From Nannocystis bainbridge (lineage in GTDB: Bacteria > Myxococcota_A > Polyangia > Nannocystales > Nannocystaceae): DNA of 64,000 nt. The stretch is taken from contig NZ_JAQNDL010000002.1 in assembly GCF_028368995.1 (NCBI RefSeq), positions 832,001-896,000 on the forward strand, given 5' to 3'. Position 1 is the stretch's first letter; every line of letters begins with the position of its first letter. Below, in pieces: positions 34,436 to 45,658 of this stretch. The notes under the pieces were generated by a model, which saw only the letters and a list, made by a program, of their open reading frames with translations, searched no databases and was not told the origin of the DNA. A program made the position numbers and the translations under genes.

Positions 34436-37087
34436 GTGAGCGCCGGCGACGTGGAAGACACGGTTCCGGGGGAGAGGGCCCCCGCTTCGCCGCGCCCTTC
34501 GCCCGAGCCGATCGAGGTGCCGCCCAGCATCGGTCGCTACCGCGTGCTGTCGCAGCTCGGCGCCGGCGGCATGGGGGTGGTCTACGCGGCCTACGACAAC
34601 GACCTCGATCGCAAGGTGGCGATCAAGCTGGTGTTGCCGGACAGCGACGGTCAGGGGCGCGAGGCGGCGCTGCTGCGCGAGGCGCAGGCGCTGGCCAAGG
34701 TCGAGCACCCGCACGTCGTGCGCGTGTACGAGGTCGGCAACTTCCGCGGCCAGGTCTACCTGGTGATGGAGTTCCTCAGCGGGGCGACGCTGCGCAGCTG
34801 GATGCGGGCCGAGCCGCGGCCGTGGCGGCAGCGGCTGGCGGTGCTGATCCAGGCCGGTCGCGGGCTGCAGGCGGCGCACGACGCCGGGGTGGTGCACCAC
34901 GACTTCAAGCCCGACAACGTGGTGGTCGACGGCTCGGGGCTGGCGCGCGTGGTCGACTTCGGGCTGGCGGGGGCCGAGGTCAGTGTGGACGACACGACGG
35001 TGCTCGGCACGCCGCGCTACATGCCGCCCGAGCAGTGGCGCGGGGCGCCGGCGGGGCCGCGGGCGGATCAGTTCAGCTTCGCGGTGACGCTGTACGAGGC
35101 GCTGTACGGCCGGCGACCGTTCGCGGGGGCGACGGCGATCTTGCTGCGCGAGGCGATCGAGATCGGGGTGGTGCCGCCGCCGCCGTCCGACTCGAAGATC
35201 CCGCGGCGGTTCTTTCGCATCCTCGAGCGGGCGCTGTCGCCGACCCCGGAGGCGCGCTGGCCGAGCATGGCCGACATGATCGCGGCGCTCGAGCACGACC
35301 CGTGGGCGGTGCCGCTGCGGGTGCTCGCGGTGAGCGTGGCGCTGGTGGTCGTCGCGGTCGCCAGCTACGCGACCGCGACCGTGCGCGCGAGCGATGCCCC
35401 GCGCTGCGAGACGGCGGGGGCGCGGCTCGACGCGGTGTGGGGCCCGCCGCAGCGCATCGACGTGCGTCGCGCCTTCAAGGCCACCGGGCTGGGGTTCGCG
35501 CGCGACGTCGGCGACCGCGTGATCGCCCGGCTCGACGACTACGCCGAGGCGTGGAGCGAGCAGCGGCGCGCGGTGTGTCAGGAGCACGCGTCGGGGCTGC
35601 AGACCGATCGCCTGACCGACCTGCGCAACGCCTGCCTCGACCAGCGGCTGGCGCACCTCTCGGCGCTGATCCAGGTGTTCGCGGCGCCCGATCTGTCGGT
35701 CGTCGAGAACGCGGTGCAGGCGACCGCGGCGCTGCCCGGGCTGGCCGGTTGCGCCGACACCAACGCGCTGCTGGCCGTGATCCTTCCCGACGATCCGACG
35801 GTGGTGCGCGAGATCGAGGCGCTGCGGGCCCGGCTGGCCCGTGCCGACGTGCTCGAGCAGACCGGGCGCTACGACGAGGGGCTGCGGATCGCGGCCGAGG
35901 TGCGCAAGGAGGCGGCGCGGCTCGGCTACTCGCCGCTCGCGGCCGAGGCGGCGCTGAGCGACGGGCGGCTGCGAATGGCCGCCACGCCGGGCGTAGAGGC
36001 CGAGGCGGCGCTGGCCGAGGCGGTGCGGCTCGGGATCGCCAACGACCAGTACACCGTCGCGGCCGAGGCGGCGGTGATCCACATGTACGTGGTCGGCAGC
36101 GACGCGAGCCGGCGCAGCGAGGGGCTGGCCTCGGTGATGTACGCCGAGGCGCTGGTGGCCCGCACGCACGGCGAGGCGCGCCTGGTCGCGCTGCTCCACA
36201 ACAACATCGGCACGCTGCACGACGATCGCGAGGGCAGCGTCGAGCTGGCGCGGGCCCACTACGAGCGGGCGATCGAGGCGCTGCGGGTGCGCGGGGAGGC
36301 CGACCCGCTGGCGGCGATCGTCCACCACAACCTCGGGATCATGTACGTCAACCACCGGCGGCTCGACGAGGCGCGGGCGCAGTTCGAGCGGGCGCTCGAG
36401 CTGTTCGCCACCGTGTTCGGCGCCGACCACCCGCTCGGCGCGCACCCGCGGGTCGGCTTCGGCGACGTGGCGATCCTCCGCGGCGCGTACGCCGAGGCGA
36501 TCCCGAGCTACCGCGAGGCCATCGCGTTGATGCAGTCGACGCTCGGCGCGGAGCACCAGTACTTGCTCGATCCGCTGGCGGGCCTCGGCGTCGCCTACGT
36601 GCGCGTCGGCAAGCACGCGGAGGCCCAGCCGTACCTCGCGCGGGCGCTGGCGATCGCCGAGCGCGACGGCCTGCGGCGCGAGCCGGTCGGCGACGCGCTG
36701 GTCGGGCTCGCCGACATCGCCGAGGCCGCCGGGCGCGCGCTCGAGGCCCGCGACCTCTACGGGCGGGCCGCCGATCTCTACGAGAGCTCGCTCGAGAGCG
36801 AGCCGACCAAGGCTTCGCACGCGGCGCTGCGGGCCGGTGAGCTGTCGGCGGCGCTCGGCCAGCGCGACGAGGCGATCCGGTGGTTCGAGCGGGTGCGCGT
36901 CAACGGCCGCGGCCCGGAGCTGGAGCGCGGGCAGGCGTCGCTGGCCCTGGCGGCGCTGCTGGCGAGCCGCGCCGCCGAGCGGGCCCGCGTGTGCGCGCTG
37001 CTGACCAGCGGCCGCGCCGCGGTGCCGGAGGGCGACCTGCGGCGGGCCGAGACCGAGCCGCTGTTCGCTGCGTGCGAGCGGCACTGA
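34436..37087 (+). CDS. Membrane Ser/Thr protein kinase with TPR domain (paralog, non-RD)
   Basis: [30 protein letters not shown]. Confidence 0.93.
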   Translation: MSAGDVEDTVPGERAPASPRPSPEPIEVPPSIGRYRVLSQLGAGGMGVVYAAYDNDLDRKVAIKLVLPDSDGQGREAALLREAQALAKVEHPHVVRVYEVGNFRGQVYLVMEFLSGATLRSWMRAEPRPWRQRLAVLIQAGRGLQAAHDAGVVHHDFKPDNVVVDGSGLARVVDFGLAGAEVSVDDTTVLGTPRYMPPEQWRGAPAGPRADQFSFAVTLYEALYGRRPFAGATAILLREAIEIGVVPPPPSDSKIPRRFFRILERALSPTPEARWPSMADMIAALEHDPWAVPLRVLAVSVALVVVAVASYATATVRASDAPRCETAGARLDAVWGPPQRIDVRRAFKATGLGFARDVGDRVIARLDDYAEAWSEQRRAVCQEHASGLQTDRLTDLRNACLDQRLAHLSALIQVFAAPDLSVVENAVQATAALPGLAGCADTNALLAVILPDDPTVVREIEALRARLARADVLEQTGRYDEGLRIAAEVRKEAARLGYSPLAAEAALSDGRLRMAATPGVEAEAALAEAVRLGIANDQYTVAAEAAVIHMYVVGSDASRRSEGLASVMYAEALVARTHGEARLVALLHNNIGTLHDDREGSVELARAHYERAIEALRVRGEADPLAAIVHHNLGIMYVNHRRLDEARAQFERALELFATVFGADHPLGAHPRVGFGDVAILRGAYAEAIPSYREAIALMQSTLGAEHQYLLDPLAGLGVAYVRVGKHAEAQPYLARALAIAERDGLRREPVGDALVGLADIAEAAGRALEARDLYGRAADLYESSLESEPTKASHAALRAGELSAALGQRDEAIRWFERVRVNGRGPELERGQASLALAALLASRAAERARVCALLTSGRAAVPEGDLRRAETEPLFAACERH

Positions 37088-37160
37088 GGCGGCAGGGATG
37101 GCGAGCAGGCGCGCAGGCCGGGCTGCGAAGTCGGCGCGCTCACCGGACGCTGGCGCACGA

Positions 37161-37256
37161 GGGATGTCCCCGGTGGGGCATGTCCCCGGGAGCATGTCCC
37201 CGGTGACATGCCCTTGCGGACATGCCCGAAGCGACATGCCCGGTCGGACATGCCCC
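37161..37256. repeat. GGACATGCCC-type mini-array, period 14-15 bp
   Basis: About 7 units of RCATG(T/C)CC between convergent genes. Confidence 0.8.
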
Positions 37257-37261
37257 TTCGT

Positions 37262-38527
37262 TCAGCCGGCGCTGCGACGCAGGCGGGCCAGCTGGGAGTT
37301 GGCGTCGCGGGCGTAGCGGCCGGTCGGGGCCAGCTTCAGGTAGGTCTCGTAGGCGATCACGGCGCCGGCGTCGTCCTTGCCGTGCTGGCGCAGCACGCCG
37401 AGGGTCAGCCAGCAGTCGGCGAGGCTGGGGTCGACCGCCACGCACTTGTCGGCGGTGGTCCGCGACTCCGACATCTTGCCCTGCTCGAGCTGGACCTGGG
37501 CGGTCAGCAGCAGCACCTCGGGGTGCTCGGGCGCCTGCTGCGACAGCTCGGTCAGCGCGGACGAGGCGACCTTGAGCTTGCCGTCCTTGTAGGCGTTCTT
37601 GGCCCGGTCGAGCCGCTCGACGAACGCCGCGTCGGTGGGCGCGGGCGGGGCCGGCTTGGGCGCCTCGACGACCTTGGGCTCGGGCAGCGGCTCGGGCTTG
37701 ACCTCGGGCGCCTTGGCCTCGGCGGGCGGCTCGCCCTGCGTGTCGGCGGCGACCGTGTCGGCCGCGGCCTCGTCGGCGAACAGCGAGTCGCGCATCGCGT
37801 ACACGGCGACCGCGACGATCACCGCGGCCACGGCCCCGATCAGCGGCCACGGCGGGGGCGGGGGCGGGGGCGGTGTGGCGAACAGGTCGTCGTCGCCGCC
37901 GCTGTCGCTGTCGCCCATCGGCTCGGTGGCGCCGAGGAACGCCTGCATGAACTCGTCGGCGGGGCGGGCCTGGAAGGACGGGGGCGGCTCGCTCGGCGGG
38001 GCGGGGATCGGCGCCGAGGCGATCGGCTGGATCGGGGGCGAGGGCGGCGGCGGCGGCGTGGTGCGGATCGGCGAGAGCGCGGGCAGGACGTCGAGATCGA
38101 GGTCACCGCCGAACGAGCCGAACTCGGTCGAGCGGGCCAGCGGATCGCCGCGCCGCTCGGGCTCGGGCTGGCTGGCGCGCGGCTCGACCGACAGCGGCGG
38201 GATGCCGCCGCGCAGGGTCGTCGAGAACACGCTGTCGGGCGCGAGGCTGGCGCTCGGCGGCGGCTCGCTGACGGGCTCGGGGGCTGTCCCCTGGAACATG
38301 TGCGAAAGACCAGACGCGGGCGTGGACTGCGAGGTGTGGCCGAAGTCGCCGAGCGGACGCTCGCCCTCGCCGCGGGTGGGGGCCAGGCTGGCGAACGCGG
38401 CGCTCACGGGCGAGGCGCTCGCAGGCGCGGCTTCGGGTCGCCGCGACGGATCCAGCCACTCACCGCAGAACCGGCACTTGACGGCGACTTCCTGGATCTG
38501 CTCCCCACAGAATGGGCAAGGTTTCAC
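37262..38527 (-). CDS. N-terminal zinc-ribbon, Pro-rich linker, TM, TPR protein; integration target with element-supplied GTG start
   Basis: CPFCGEQIQEVAVKCRFCGEWL; C-terminal TPRs; first codons overlap the left att repeat. Confidence 0.85.
   Translation of the reverse strand: MKPCPFCGEQIQEVAVKCRFCGEWLDPSRRPEAAPASASPVSAAFASLAPTRGEGERPLGDFGHTSQSTPASGLSHMFQGTAPEPVSEPPPSASLAPDSVFSTTLRGGIPPLSVEPRASQPEPERRGDPLARSTEFGSFGGDLDLDVLPALSPIRTTPPPPPSPPIQPIASAPIPAPPSEPPPSFQARPADEFMQAFLGATEPMGDSDSGGDDDLFATPPPPPPPPWPLIGAVAAVIVAVAVYAMRDSLFADEAAADTVAADTQGEPPAEAKAPEVKPEPLPEPKVVEAPKPAPPAPTDAAFVERLDRAKNAYKDGKLKVASSALTELSQQAPEHPEVLLLTAQVQLEQGKMSESRTTADKCVAVDPSLADCWLTLGVLRQHGKDDAGAVIAYETYLKLAPTGRYARDANSQLARLRRSAG
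38503..38526. repeat. Left att repeat
   Basis: CCCCACAGaAtGGgCAAGGTTTCA versus CCCCACAGtAgGGaCAAGGTTTCA at 52551. Confidence 0.85.
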
Positions 38528-38836
38528 TTCACGGGAGATACCTCAAAGCCCCTCCCCGGCCAAGTAGGCCACATTCAGACCCCTTCCGGCGGGACCTTCG
38601 CTCCAGCGCTGCACCAGGAGCATCGCTCGCCCGTCGCTTCCGGCGCCTTCGTCGAAAGCCAGCTGGACCCGGTTCCGTCTGCCCTCCAGGTCACTGGCCC
38701 TTCCGCCAATGAGATCCCGGCCCAGGCGTTCGGCCTGGGCGACGCGCCGGTCGCGCGTCTGTTCGGCGTGAGCCGGAAGCTGGTCACGAGCCGGGTCGGC
38801 AGTCGCCAGGCCGAAAGGAAGGTCGCCCATGGGTGA
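38510..38836 (+). other. 3' part of att-split ORF (C-terminal HTH-like motif); 5' part at 52510-52557
   Basis: Open frame with no ATG of its own, 'VARLFGVSRKLV', stop overlaps next ATG; in frame with RBS/ATG at right element end. Confidence 0.6.
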
Positions 38837-39785
38837 ACCGACCAATCTCGGGCGCTGGATCCTTCGCTCCCTCGATGTTCAAGGGCGCGACCGCGCGCGG
38901 TGCTGCGATGCGGCCATCGCCAGCGAGCTCGATGGCTGGCGCGTGTTGGTGGTCGCGGACGGAGTGTCGAGCCGCGCGCACACGCACTTCGGCGCGCACC
39001 TGACCTCGCGTGTTGCGCTGCGTGCTGCACTTCACCACTTGCTGCGCGGTGGCCCAGTGCGCCTGGTGCCCTCGGCCATTCAAACGGAGGTCGGCGCAGC
39101 GCTCCGTGCTGCTCTCTGTGCGCTGGGGGATGAGGAGGCGCGCCTTGCTCTTCCGTGCACGCTCGTGTTGCTCGTCGTTGGGGCCCAGGAGGCCGCCGCG
39201 TGGTTCTGTGGTGACGGCGATGCTGCGCTCGTCGGGCTGCCCGATGACGTGCAACTGATGCGTCGTGTCGGCCACCCCCCGTCGGGGTTGGCCAACCGCA
39301 CGATGACGACGTCGAAGCTTCATCATGCTGTCGGCGACAGCACCACGGAAGCGCGCGTCATCGCCTCAGAAGATGCCTACGCGGTCCACTGGCGTCGGCG
39401 TGGCGAGGTTGTGTCGGGGTTGCCCTGCTCGTGGGCGTTCCCCGAACAGCGGCCCGCTCAGATGCTGCCCGCCTTCCACGCGATCGGGGATCTGGCGGGG
39501 CTTCGCGGTGCTTTCGTGGCCACGGATGGACTGTCGGAGGAGGGTGCCCAGCTCCTGCTCGCGTCGCCGGCGGTGATGTCGAGCGACCTCCACGAGCGAG
39601 TCCGAGGCGCGTCCGACGACGTGGGCGTTGCGTGGGGGGGCTCGCTGGCCACTCAGGTGCTGCGCGATGCCGCGACGCCGCAGCACGTCGGGGACGAACT
39701 CGAGTTGAGTCTGAGGGCCCTCGGGCTGTCGGACTCCCAACTGCGGTTGGGCCAACCGGAGTTGGCTGAAGAGGAGGACGCGTAA
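38829..39785 (+). CDS. PP2C-family protein phosphatase-like (copy 1)
   Basis: CDA, VVADGVSS, CTL, GDG, VATDGL, DDVGV motifs. Confidence 0.75.
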   Translation: MGEPTNLGRWILRSLDVQGRDRARCCDAAIASELDGWRVLVVADGVSSRAHTHFGAHLTSRVALRAALHHLLRGGPVRLVPSAIQTEVGAALRAALCALGDEEARLALPCTLVLLVVGAQEAAAWFCGDGDAALVGLPDDVQLMRRVGHPPSGLANRTMTTSKLHHAVGDSTTEARVIASEDAYAVHWRRRGEVVSGLPCSWAFPEQRPAQMLPAFHAIGDLAGLRGAFVATDGLSEEGAQLLLASPAVMSSDLHERVRGASDDVGVAWGGSLATQVLRDAATPQHVGDELELSLRALGLSDSQLRLGQPELAEEEDA

Positions 39786-40875
39786 TGCTTGCGCAGAATT
39801 TCCTCTCTCCAGCGCGCAGCAGCGAATACGGCGGGGTGTCTGCGAACGACTCCGTCTATCCTCACCTCGACTCCCCGCTTGATAGCCGCGATCTGGCGTG
39901 GTGCTGCCCAGAATCTCCCACTCTCGGCGAGGCCTGGCTCGCGTTTCTCCAGCACTGCTGGCGTCGCGTTAAGCGCGGCGACATCGCCTACGAACGGTCC
40001 GTCGCTATGCCGACCTCCGCGACCAGCTCGGCGAGCTCGGGGCTCGTCCGGTCGTCGATCTGAAGTCCAGCGAGGCCAACACCTGGCACGAGGTCATCGG
40101 CAACCGGCTTGGCAAGAACACCGGCAAGCCGACTCTGCGGACGGCCGATCTGTGCCGCGACCTCCTCAAGCAAGTCTGCGACTTTGCCGAGCTGCAGGAC
40201 TGGCGCGAGCCGAGGACCAACCCGGTGGTGGTCGTGCCGCGTTTCGGCTCCTCGCCGCGTGACATCCGCCTCGAGCCGTCCGAGTGCCGGCGCGTCCTCG
40301 AGGCCCTGGACGTCATCGAGCGCCGCCGGCTTCGGCGGAACCACAAGGGTGAGCTGCGGCAAGCGACACGAGCTTCGGCCACCCGCCTGATCCGCTGCCT
40401 CTACTTGTGGGCCCGGAGGCCCAAAGAGTTGCAGTACCTGACCTGGGCCCAGGTGGTCGACCTGGACACGGACCAACCGATCGCTCGTCGCATCGCCACC
40501 AAGCGCGGCATTCGCTCCCTCGCTGTGCCGATGCCAGTGGCCCGCATCCTGCGCGAGCAGCATCGCGTCGTTGGCCACCTGTCGCCCCTCGTGTTTCCTT
40601 CCGGCGTCGGCAAGCCGCTGTCGACGTTGTGGCACGTCTGGCACGAGGCGCTGACGATCGCCGAGCTGACGGCCATCCCGCTGTACGGCCTGCGCCACAA
40701 CGCGGCGACCCACCTGATCGAGGCTGGCTTTACCTCGAGACAGGCCAGCGAGGTCCTCGCCAACTCCGAGGAGGTCTTCGACAAGCACTACAACCACGCC
40801 ACGGTCTCGCCGCAAGCGGCGAAGGCCGGGCGTCGTGCCGGCGTGATCATGGCGCGGCTGGGGGGACTCGGATGA
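39785..40875 (+). pseudogene. Tyrosine recombinase/integrase with a 1-nt frameshift near 39985-39990
   Basis: N-part 'PTLGEAW...RGDIA' continues in -1 frame 'LRTVRRYADL...NPV'; catalytic RRPKEL, TKRG, YGLRH, KHY. Confidence 0.8.
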
Positions 40876-41831
40876 ATTCCCTCCGCCCAGCGCCGACGCT
40901 CGCGCATCAAGTCCCGCCACAGGAGGAGGCGCGCCACACCATGTCGCCCTCGCACCTGCGGCGCACCCCTGACGTCCCAACGCAGCGGCCGGACCACGCG
41001 CCGCCGCCCTCGGTTTGGGAACTGAACATGGAGCGCGCCTTCGCGAGTGGCGTCCTCGTTGACGCCGGCGAGCGCCATCTTCGCCACCGGCTCGGCGGCC
41101 AGGACCACGCGCTTGCACTCCGTCATCCTGGGGCCGTCGTCCTGGCGGTCGCGGATGGGGCGAGCCGCGTCGGCAAGCTGCCAAGCCGCGCAGAGGTCGG
41201 CGCGGGCCTGGTCGCGGAGCTGGCGGCGCGGAGCGCCTCTGATGCTGCACTCCGAGGTCTCGGGCCGGCCGAGTTGCGTCTCCACGTGGCCGCACTGCTC
41301 GTGAGGCACTTGCTGCCCCTGTGGGTTGCTCTCGGCGACGGCGCTGGGCCGCTGCTGCACTGCACCCTCGTCCTCGCCGTCAGCACGCCCACCTGGACCA
41401 GCATCTGGCGGATCGGCGACGGCTGCTGGGGGGCGAGCGGAAGCCTCGCGCACGGCTACCGGTCGCCGTCGTCGTCGGCATCTGTTGCCTGCTACGGCAC
41501 GCGGTGGTCGGCTCACGAGCGGCGACAGGTCACCAAGCTCCACACGACGGTCGCGCACCTGTGCAGGAGCGGCGACGTCGAGGTTGTGGCGCGGGGCCTC
41601 GAGCCCGTCCTCGAGGCGGAGGGCCCTGCGTTGACGCTGTACGTCGCAAGTGATGGGCTGGACGAAGAGCCACAAGTCCAGGCGTTGCTGCGGTGCGATC
41701 AGTGGCGAGGCGACCAGTTCACTGGTGCTCTGGCGCGGCCCAACGGGTCCGATGACTTCGCGCTGGCGTGGGCATGCGAACGCTTCCGCGGCGCCGCTGG
41801 TCTGGGCCTTGGCGAAGCGGGGGGAGCGTGA
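40872..41831 (+). CDS. PP2C-family protein phosphatase-like (copy 2)
   Basis: GERH..GQD, AVADGAS, CTL, IGDG, VASDGL, DDFALA; ATGA overlap with integrase stop. Confidence 0.78.
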   Translation: MNSLRPAPTLAHQVPPQEEARHTMSPSHLRRTPDVPTQRPDHAPPPSVWELNMERAFASGVLVDAGERHLRHRLGGQDHALALRHPGAVVLAVADGASRVGKLPSRAEVGAGLVAELAARSASDAALRGLGPAELRLHVAALLVRHLLPLWVALGDGAGPLLHCTLVLAVSTPTWTSIWRIGDGCWGASGSLAHGYRSPSSSASVACYGTRWSAHERRQVTKLHTTVAHLCRSGDVEVVARGLEPVLEAEGPALTLYVASDGLDEEPQVQALLRCDQWRGDQFTGALARPNGSDDFALAWACERFRGAAGLGLGEAGGA

Positions 41832-42217
41832 TGCCGAAGGTCCACATGGACGATGCCGACGGCCTGGTCGGCCCGCCGGAAACCGACGTCCTCGGCGCAG
41901 TGGGTCGCTACCTCGAGCAAAACATCGGCGCACTCGCCCGCCATCAAGTCGCCCTGACGTGCGACCTGGCCCGCGTCCTCACACGCCTGTACTGCAGGAA
42001 GTGCGACGCTCGCCTCGTCTGCAACACATGCGGCGCCTACTACCGGAATTGCACAGGGCCTTGCGCCTGCGGGGACGTCGCCGCCTGCCCGGATTGTGAC
42101 CTGGCGGTCGCTGAGGTCCGCGATCGGGACGGAGCGGTGGTTGGGATGCTGCGTGGGGTCTGCTCCGAGGCGCCCCGCCCGGCGGAGGGCGCCCGCGCCA
42201 AGGAGGTGCTGCCGTGA
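41831..42217 (+). CDS. Cys-rich zinc-finger-like protein
   Basis: CRKC, CNTC, CTGPCAC, CPDC; TGATG coupling. Confidence 0.65.
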   Translation: MPKVHMDDADGLVGPPETDVLGAVGRYLEQNIGALARHQVALTCDLARVLTRLYCRKCDARLVCNTCGAYYRNCTGPCACGDVAACPDCDLAVAEVRDRDGAVVGMLRGVCSEAPRPAEGARAKEVLP

Positions 42218-42492
42218 AGAAGGCCGAACGGAAGCACCACGTGGGCCGGATCCTCGGGTCGCTCGACTATGCGGTCGACCACGACCACGACGACTGGGCA
42301 CGCAGCATCGCACACACGGTCGTGGAGCTCGCGGGCCTCACGCTCGCGGAGGCCAACGCGGCGCGCGTCGCCTGGTACGCCTCCACCGGCAGTTCCCCCC
42401 CCGATGACGAGTCGCCGTTCCTGCGGCCGCTCGTCATCTTCGATGCGAAGTCCCGTCGCTTCGTGTCCATCCGCGACGCGGAGGGGCCGTGA
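42214..42492 (+). CDS. Hypothetical protein
   Basis: AGGAGG RBS, GTGA overlaps at both ends. Confidence 0.7.
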   Translation: MKKAERKHHVGRILGSLDYAVDHDHDDWARSIAHTVVELAGLTLAEANAARVAWYASTGSSPPDDESPFLRPLVIFDAKSRRFVSIRDAEGP

Positions 42493-42725
42493 GCACCCTC
42501 CGCGTGCTTCAACGACTCGCTGTTCGTGCACTCGCGCGGCAGCTCGCACAGCAATGCATCGATGATTCGCAGGCGCTCCTGGCGATCAACCGGGGGCTTG
42601 TCCGTGCGTCTCACGTGCGGGGCGTCAGCCGATGCACCTTCGCTGGCTTCACTGCCGCCAACGAGCCGTGGGCGCAACAGTTGCCGCTCGCTGAACGCGC
42701 CTCCGAGATGGAGACGCAGCAGTGA
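42489..42725 (+). CDS. Hypothetical protein
   Basis: GAGGGG RBS, GTGA overlap. Confidence 0.5.
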   Translation: MSTLRVLQRLAVRALARQLAQQCIDDSQALLAINRGLVRASHVRGVSRCTFAGFTAANEPWAQQLPLAERASEMETQQ

Positions 42726-43732
42726 ACTGTCAGGGGAACGCCGCCCTGCCCATGGGGGGTCGCTGGCGTGACGGCGGGGAGAGACCCGCAACCCTTCCCC
42801 GATTTTGTGGACGGCACGCGGGCGTGCCGGGAGTGATGATGCGTGGACGCTCTACAAGTTCTGGCGAGCCTAACGCGCCGCCAACGAATTGCGCTGGTGC
42901 GTCTCTATCAGCGCCTCTACTGGCCGACACGACGACACCTGCCCAAGCTCGTCGCCTACGGCCTGGTCTTGGCCGGCGAACCAGCAACCCTCACCTCCAA
43001 GGGCCGGACCCTCGCGCGTTCGATCCTGAAGAGTGCCGGCGGTTCGAGGTCTATCTAACCGCCGGCGCCGTCGCTCAGCAGGGCCTCGTCGCTGCTCGCG
43101 AGCTGCACGGGATCCGTCCCGAGCGCTGGGCGGACCTGGGCACTGGGGCCGGCGTCTTCGGCCAGCACGCTCGGCACGTGTGGCCCGCTGCCAAGAGCTG
43201 CGGCTTCGAGATCCGTAAGGCTGAGTCCTTCGCTGGACGCCACTATGACAGCTTCGTCGCCGACGACTACTTCGGCGCCGCGGCGCGCGGGGCCCTGAAG
43301 CGCTACCGGCCCCAGTTGGTGGTCAGCAACCCCCCATACACGAAAGCCCGCGAGACGCTCGCGCTGGGCCTCGATGTCGTCGAGCCGATGGGCCACGTCC
43401 TCCTCCTCCTCCGCAGCACGTTCGGCGGCAGCGAGGCTGACGACGAGCAGCTGCGGCGCTCGCCACCGGTTGACGAGTGGTCCATCCCTGGCCGGCTGAA
43501 GCTGAAGCGAGGGCACGGCCGCACAGGCAGGCCGCTCGGCGGCGACTTCGTGGGACACATCTTCCTGCTCTTCCAGCAGGGCCGCCAGGTGACGGCGCCG
43601 GTCTGGTCGCGCCGTCTGCTGCCGCCGCTTCCGTCAGCGTGGCTCGGCTGGTCGGTGCGCCCTGGTGATGAGGCGTTCACCGCGCCTCTCCCTCACGAAT
43701 TCTGGCCGCTCAAGGAGAACCGTCATGGCTGA
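42722..43732 (+). CDS. Phage-type DNA amino-methyltransferase (start uncertain)
   Basis: Motif I DLGTGAGVF, motif IV SNPPY, LLLR. Confidence 0.75.
   Translation: MNCQGNAALPMGGRWRDGGERPATLPRFCGRHAGVPGVMMRGRSTSSGEPNAPPTNCAGASLSAPLLADTTTPAQARRLRPGLGRRTSNPHLQGPDPRAFDPEECRRFEVYLTAGAVAQQGLVAARELHGIRPERWADLGTGAGVFGQHARHVWPAAKSCGFEIRKAESFAGRHYDSFVADDYFGAAARGALKRYRPQLVVSNPPYTKARETLALGLDVVEPMGHVLLLLRSTFGGSEADDEQLRRSPPVDEWSIPGRLKLKRGHGRTGRPLGGDFVGHIFLLFQQGRQVTAPVWSRRLLPPLPSAWLGWSVRPGDEAFTAPLPHEFWPLKENRHG
42843..43058 (+). CDS. Possible small winged-helix protein overlapping the MTase 5' region
   Basis: 'LTRRQRIAL...LVAYGLV...LTSKGRTL' resembles wHTH wing. Confidence 0.4.
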   Translation: MDALQVLASLTRRQRIALVRLYQRLYWPTRRHLPKLVAYGLVLAGEPATLTSKGRTLARSILKSAGGSRSI

Positions 43733-44243
43733 GATGGATCGCCAGTTGTTCGGCGCAACGGATCGGGAGAACCAGAAGTTGAGCGCCACCGCCCGGCTGC
43801 TGCTGGCGCTGCTCTGGACGTATGCCGACCTCGACGACGCCAAGGCCTATCGAAAATCACGCGGTCAACCGATCCGCCAGGCGCCCAAAGTCGAGGTCCG
43901 CCGCCTGGAGGAGGCCGCCTCGCTCCTGGGCTTCGAGCTCGAGACGATCCGTCGCGCGCTCGATCGGCAGCTCGGTCCCGCCGGATGGGTCCTCCGCACG
44001 AAGGACTCACGCTTTTTAGCGCTGCTCGACCGCGAGCACCGTGACGCCTATCTTGCGGCGAAACACCCATTCGCACCTGTCGTCAAGCGCGATTTGGGAG
44101 CAGATCCCGGACAACGATCCGCGGTAGATCCCGGACAACGATCCGCAGATCCCGGACAGCGATCCGGGATCTGCGGGATGGTTGTCCGCGAGATCCCGGA
44201 TAACCATCCGCTCCATCCTTTAAGGGTCCCAATTGGGTCTTGA
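43725..44243 (+). CDS. HTH replication-initiator-like protein with internal DNA repeats
   Basis: AGGAG RBS; LSATARLLLALL, 'LEEAASLLGFELETIRRAL...GWV'; DPGQRS repeats. Confidence 0.6.
   Translation: MAEMDRQLFGATDRENQKLSATARLLLALLWTYADLDDAKAYRKSRGQPIRQAPKVEVRRLEEAASLLGFELETIRRALDRQLGPAGWVLRTKDSRFLALLDREHRDAYLAAKHPFAPVVKRDLGADPGQRSAVDPGQRSADPGQRSGICGMVVREIPDNHPLHPLRVPIGS
44102..44210. repeat. Iteron-like 20-mers inside the rep-like gene
   Basis: AGATCCCGGA(C/T)A(A/G)C(G/C)ATCCG at 44102, 44126, 44147, 44191 plus inverted partial copies. Confidence 0.85.
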
Positions 44244-44269
44244 GGGTGGGTCCCTTGTATGTTCCTCGC

Positions 44270-45640
<1,371 letters not shown>

Positions 45641-45658
45641 CGCCGCAACACAACTGCT

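Noticed and set aside
38543-38845. 100-aa minus-strand ORF as element repressor
   Set aside because: No recognisable domain; antisense to the better-supported plus-strand frame
44223-44236. AGGGTCCCA just left of the IS110 as target of the upstream loop
   Set aside because: Lacks the CT core and the right side (ATTGG) does not match the GGTAG guide
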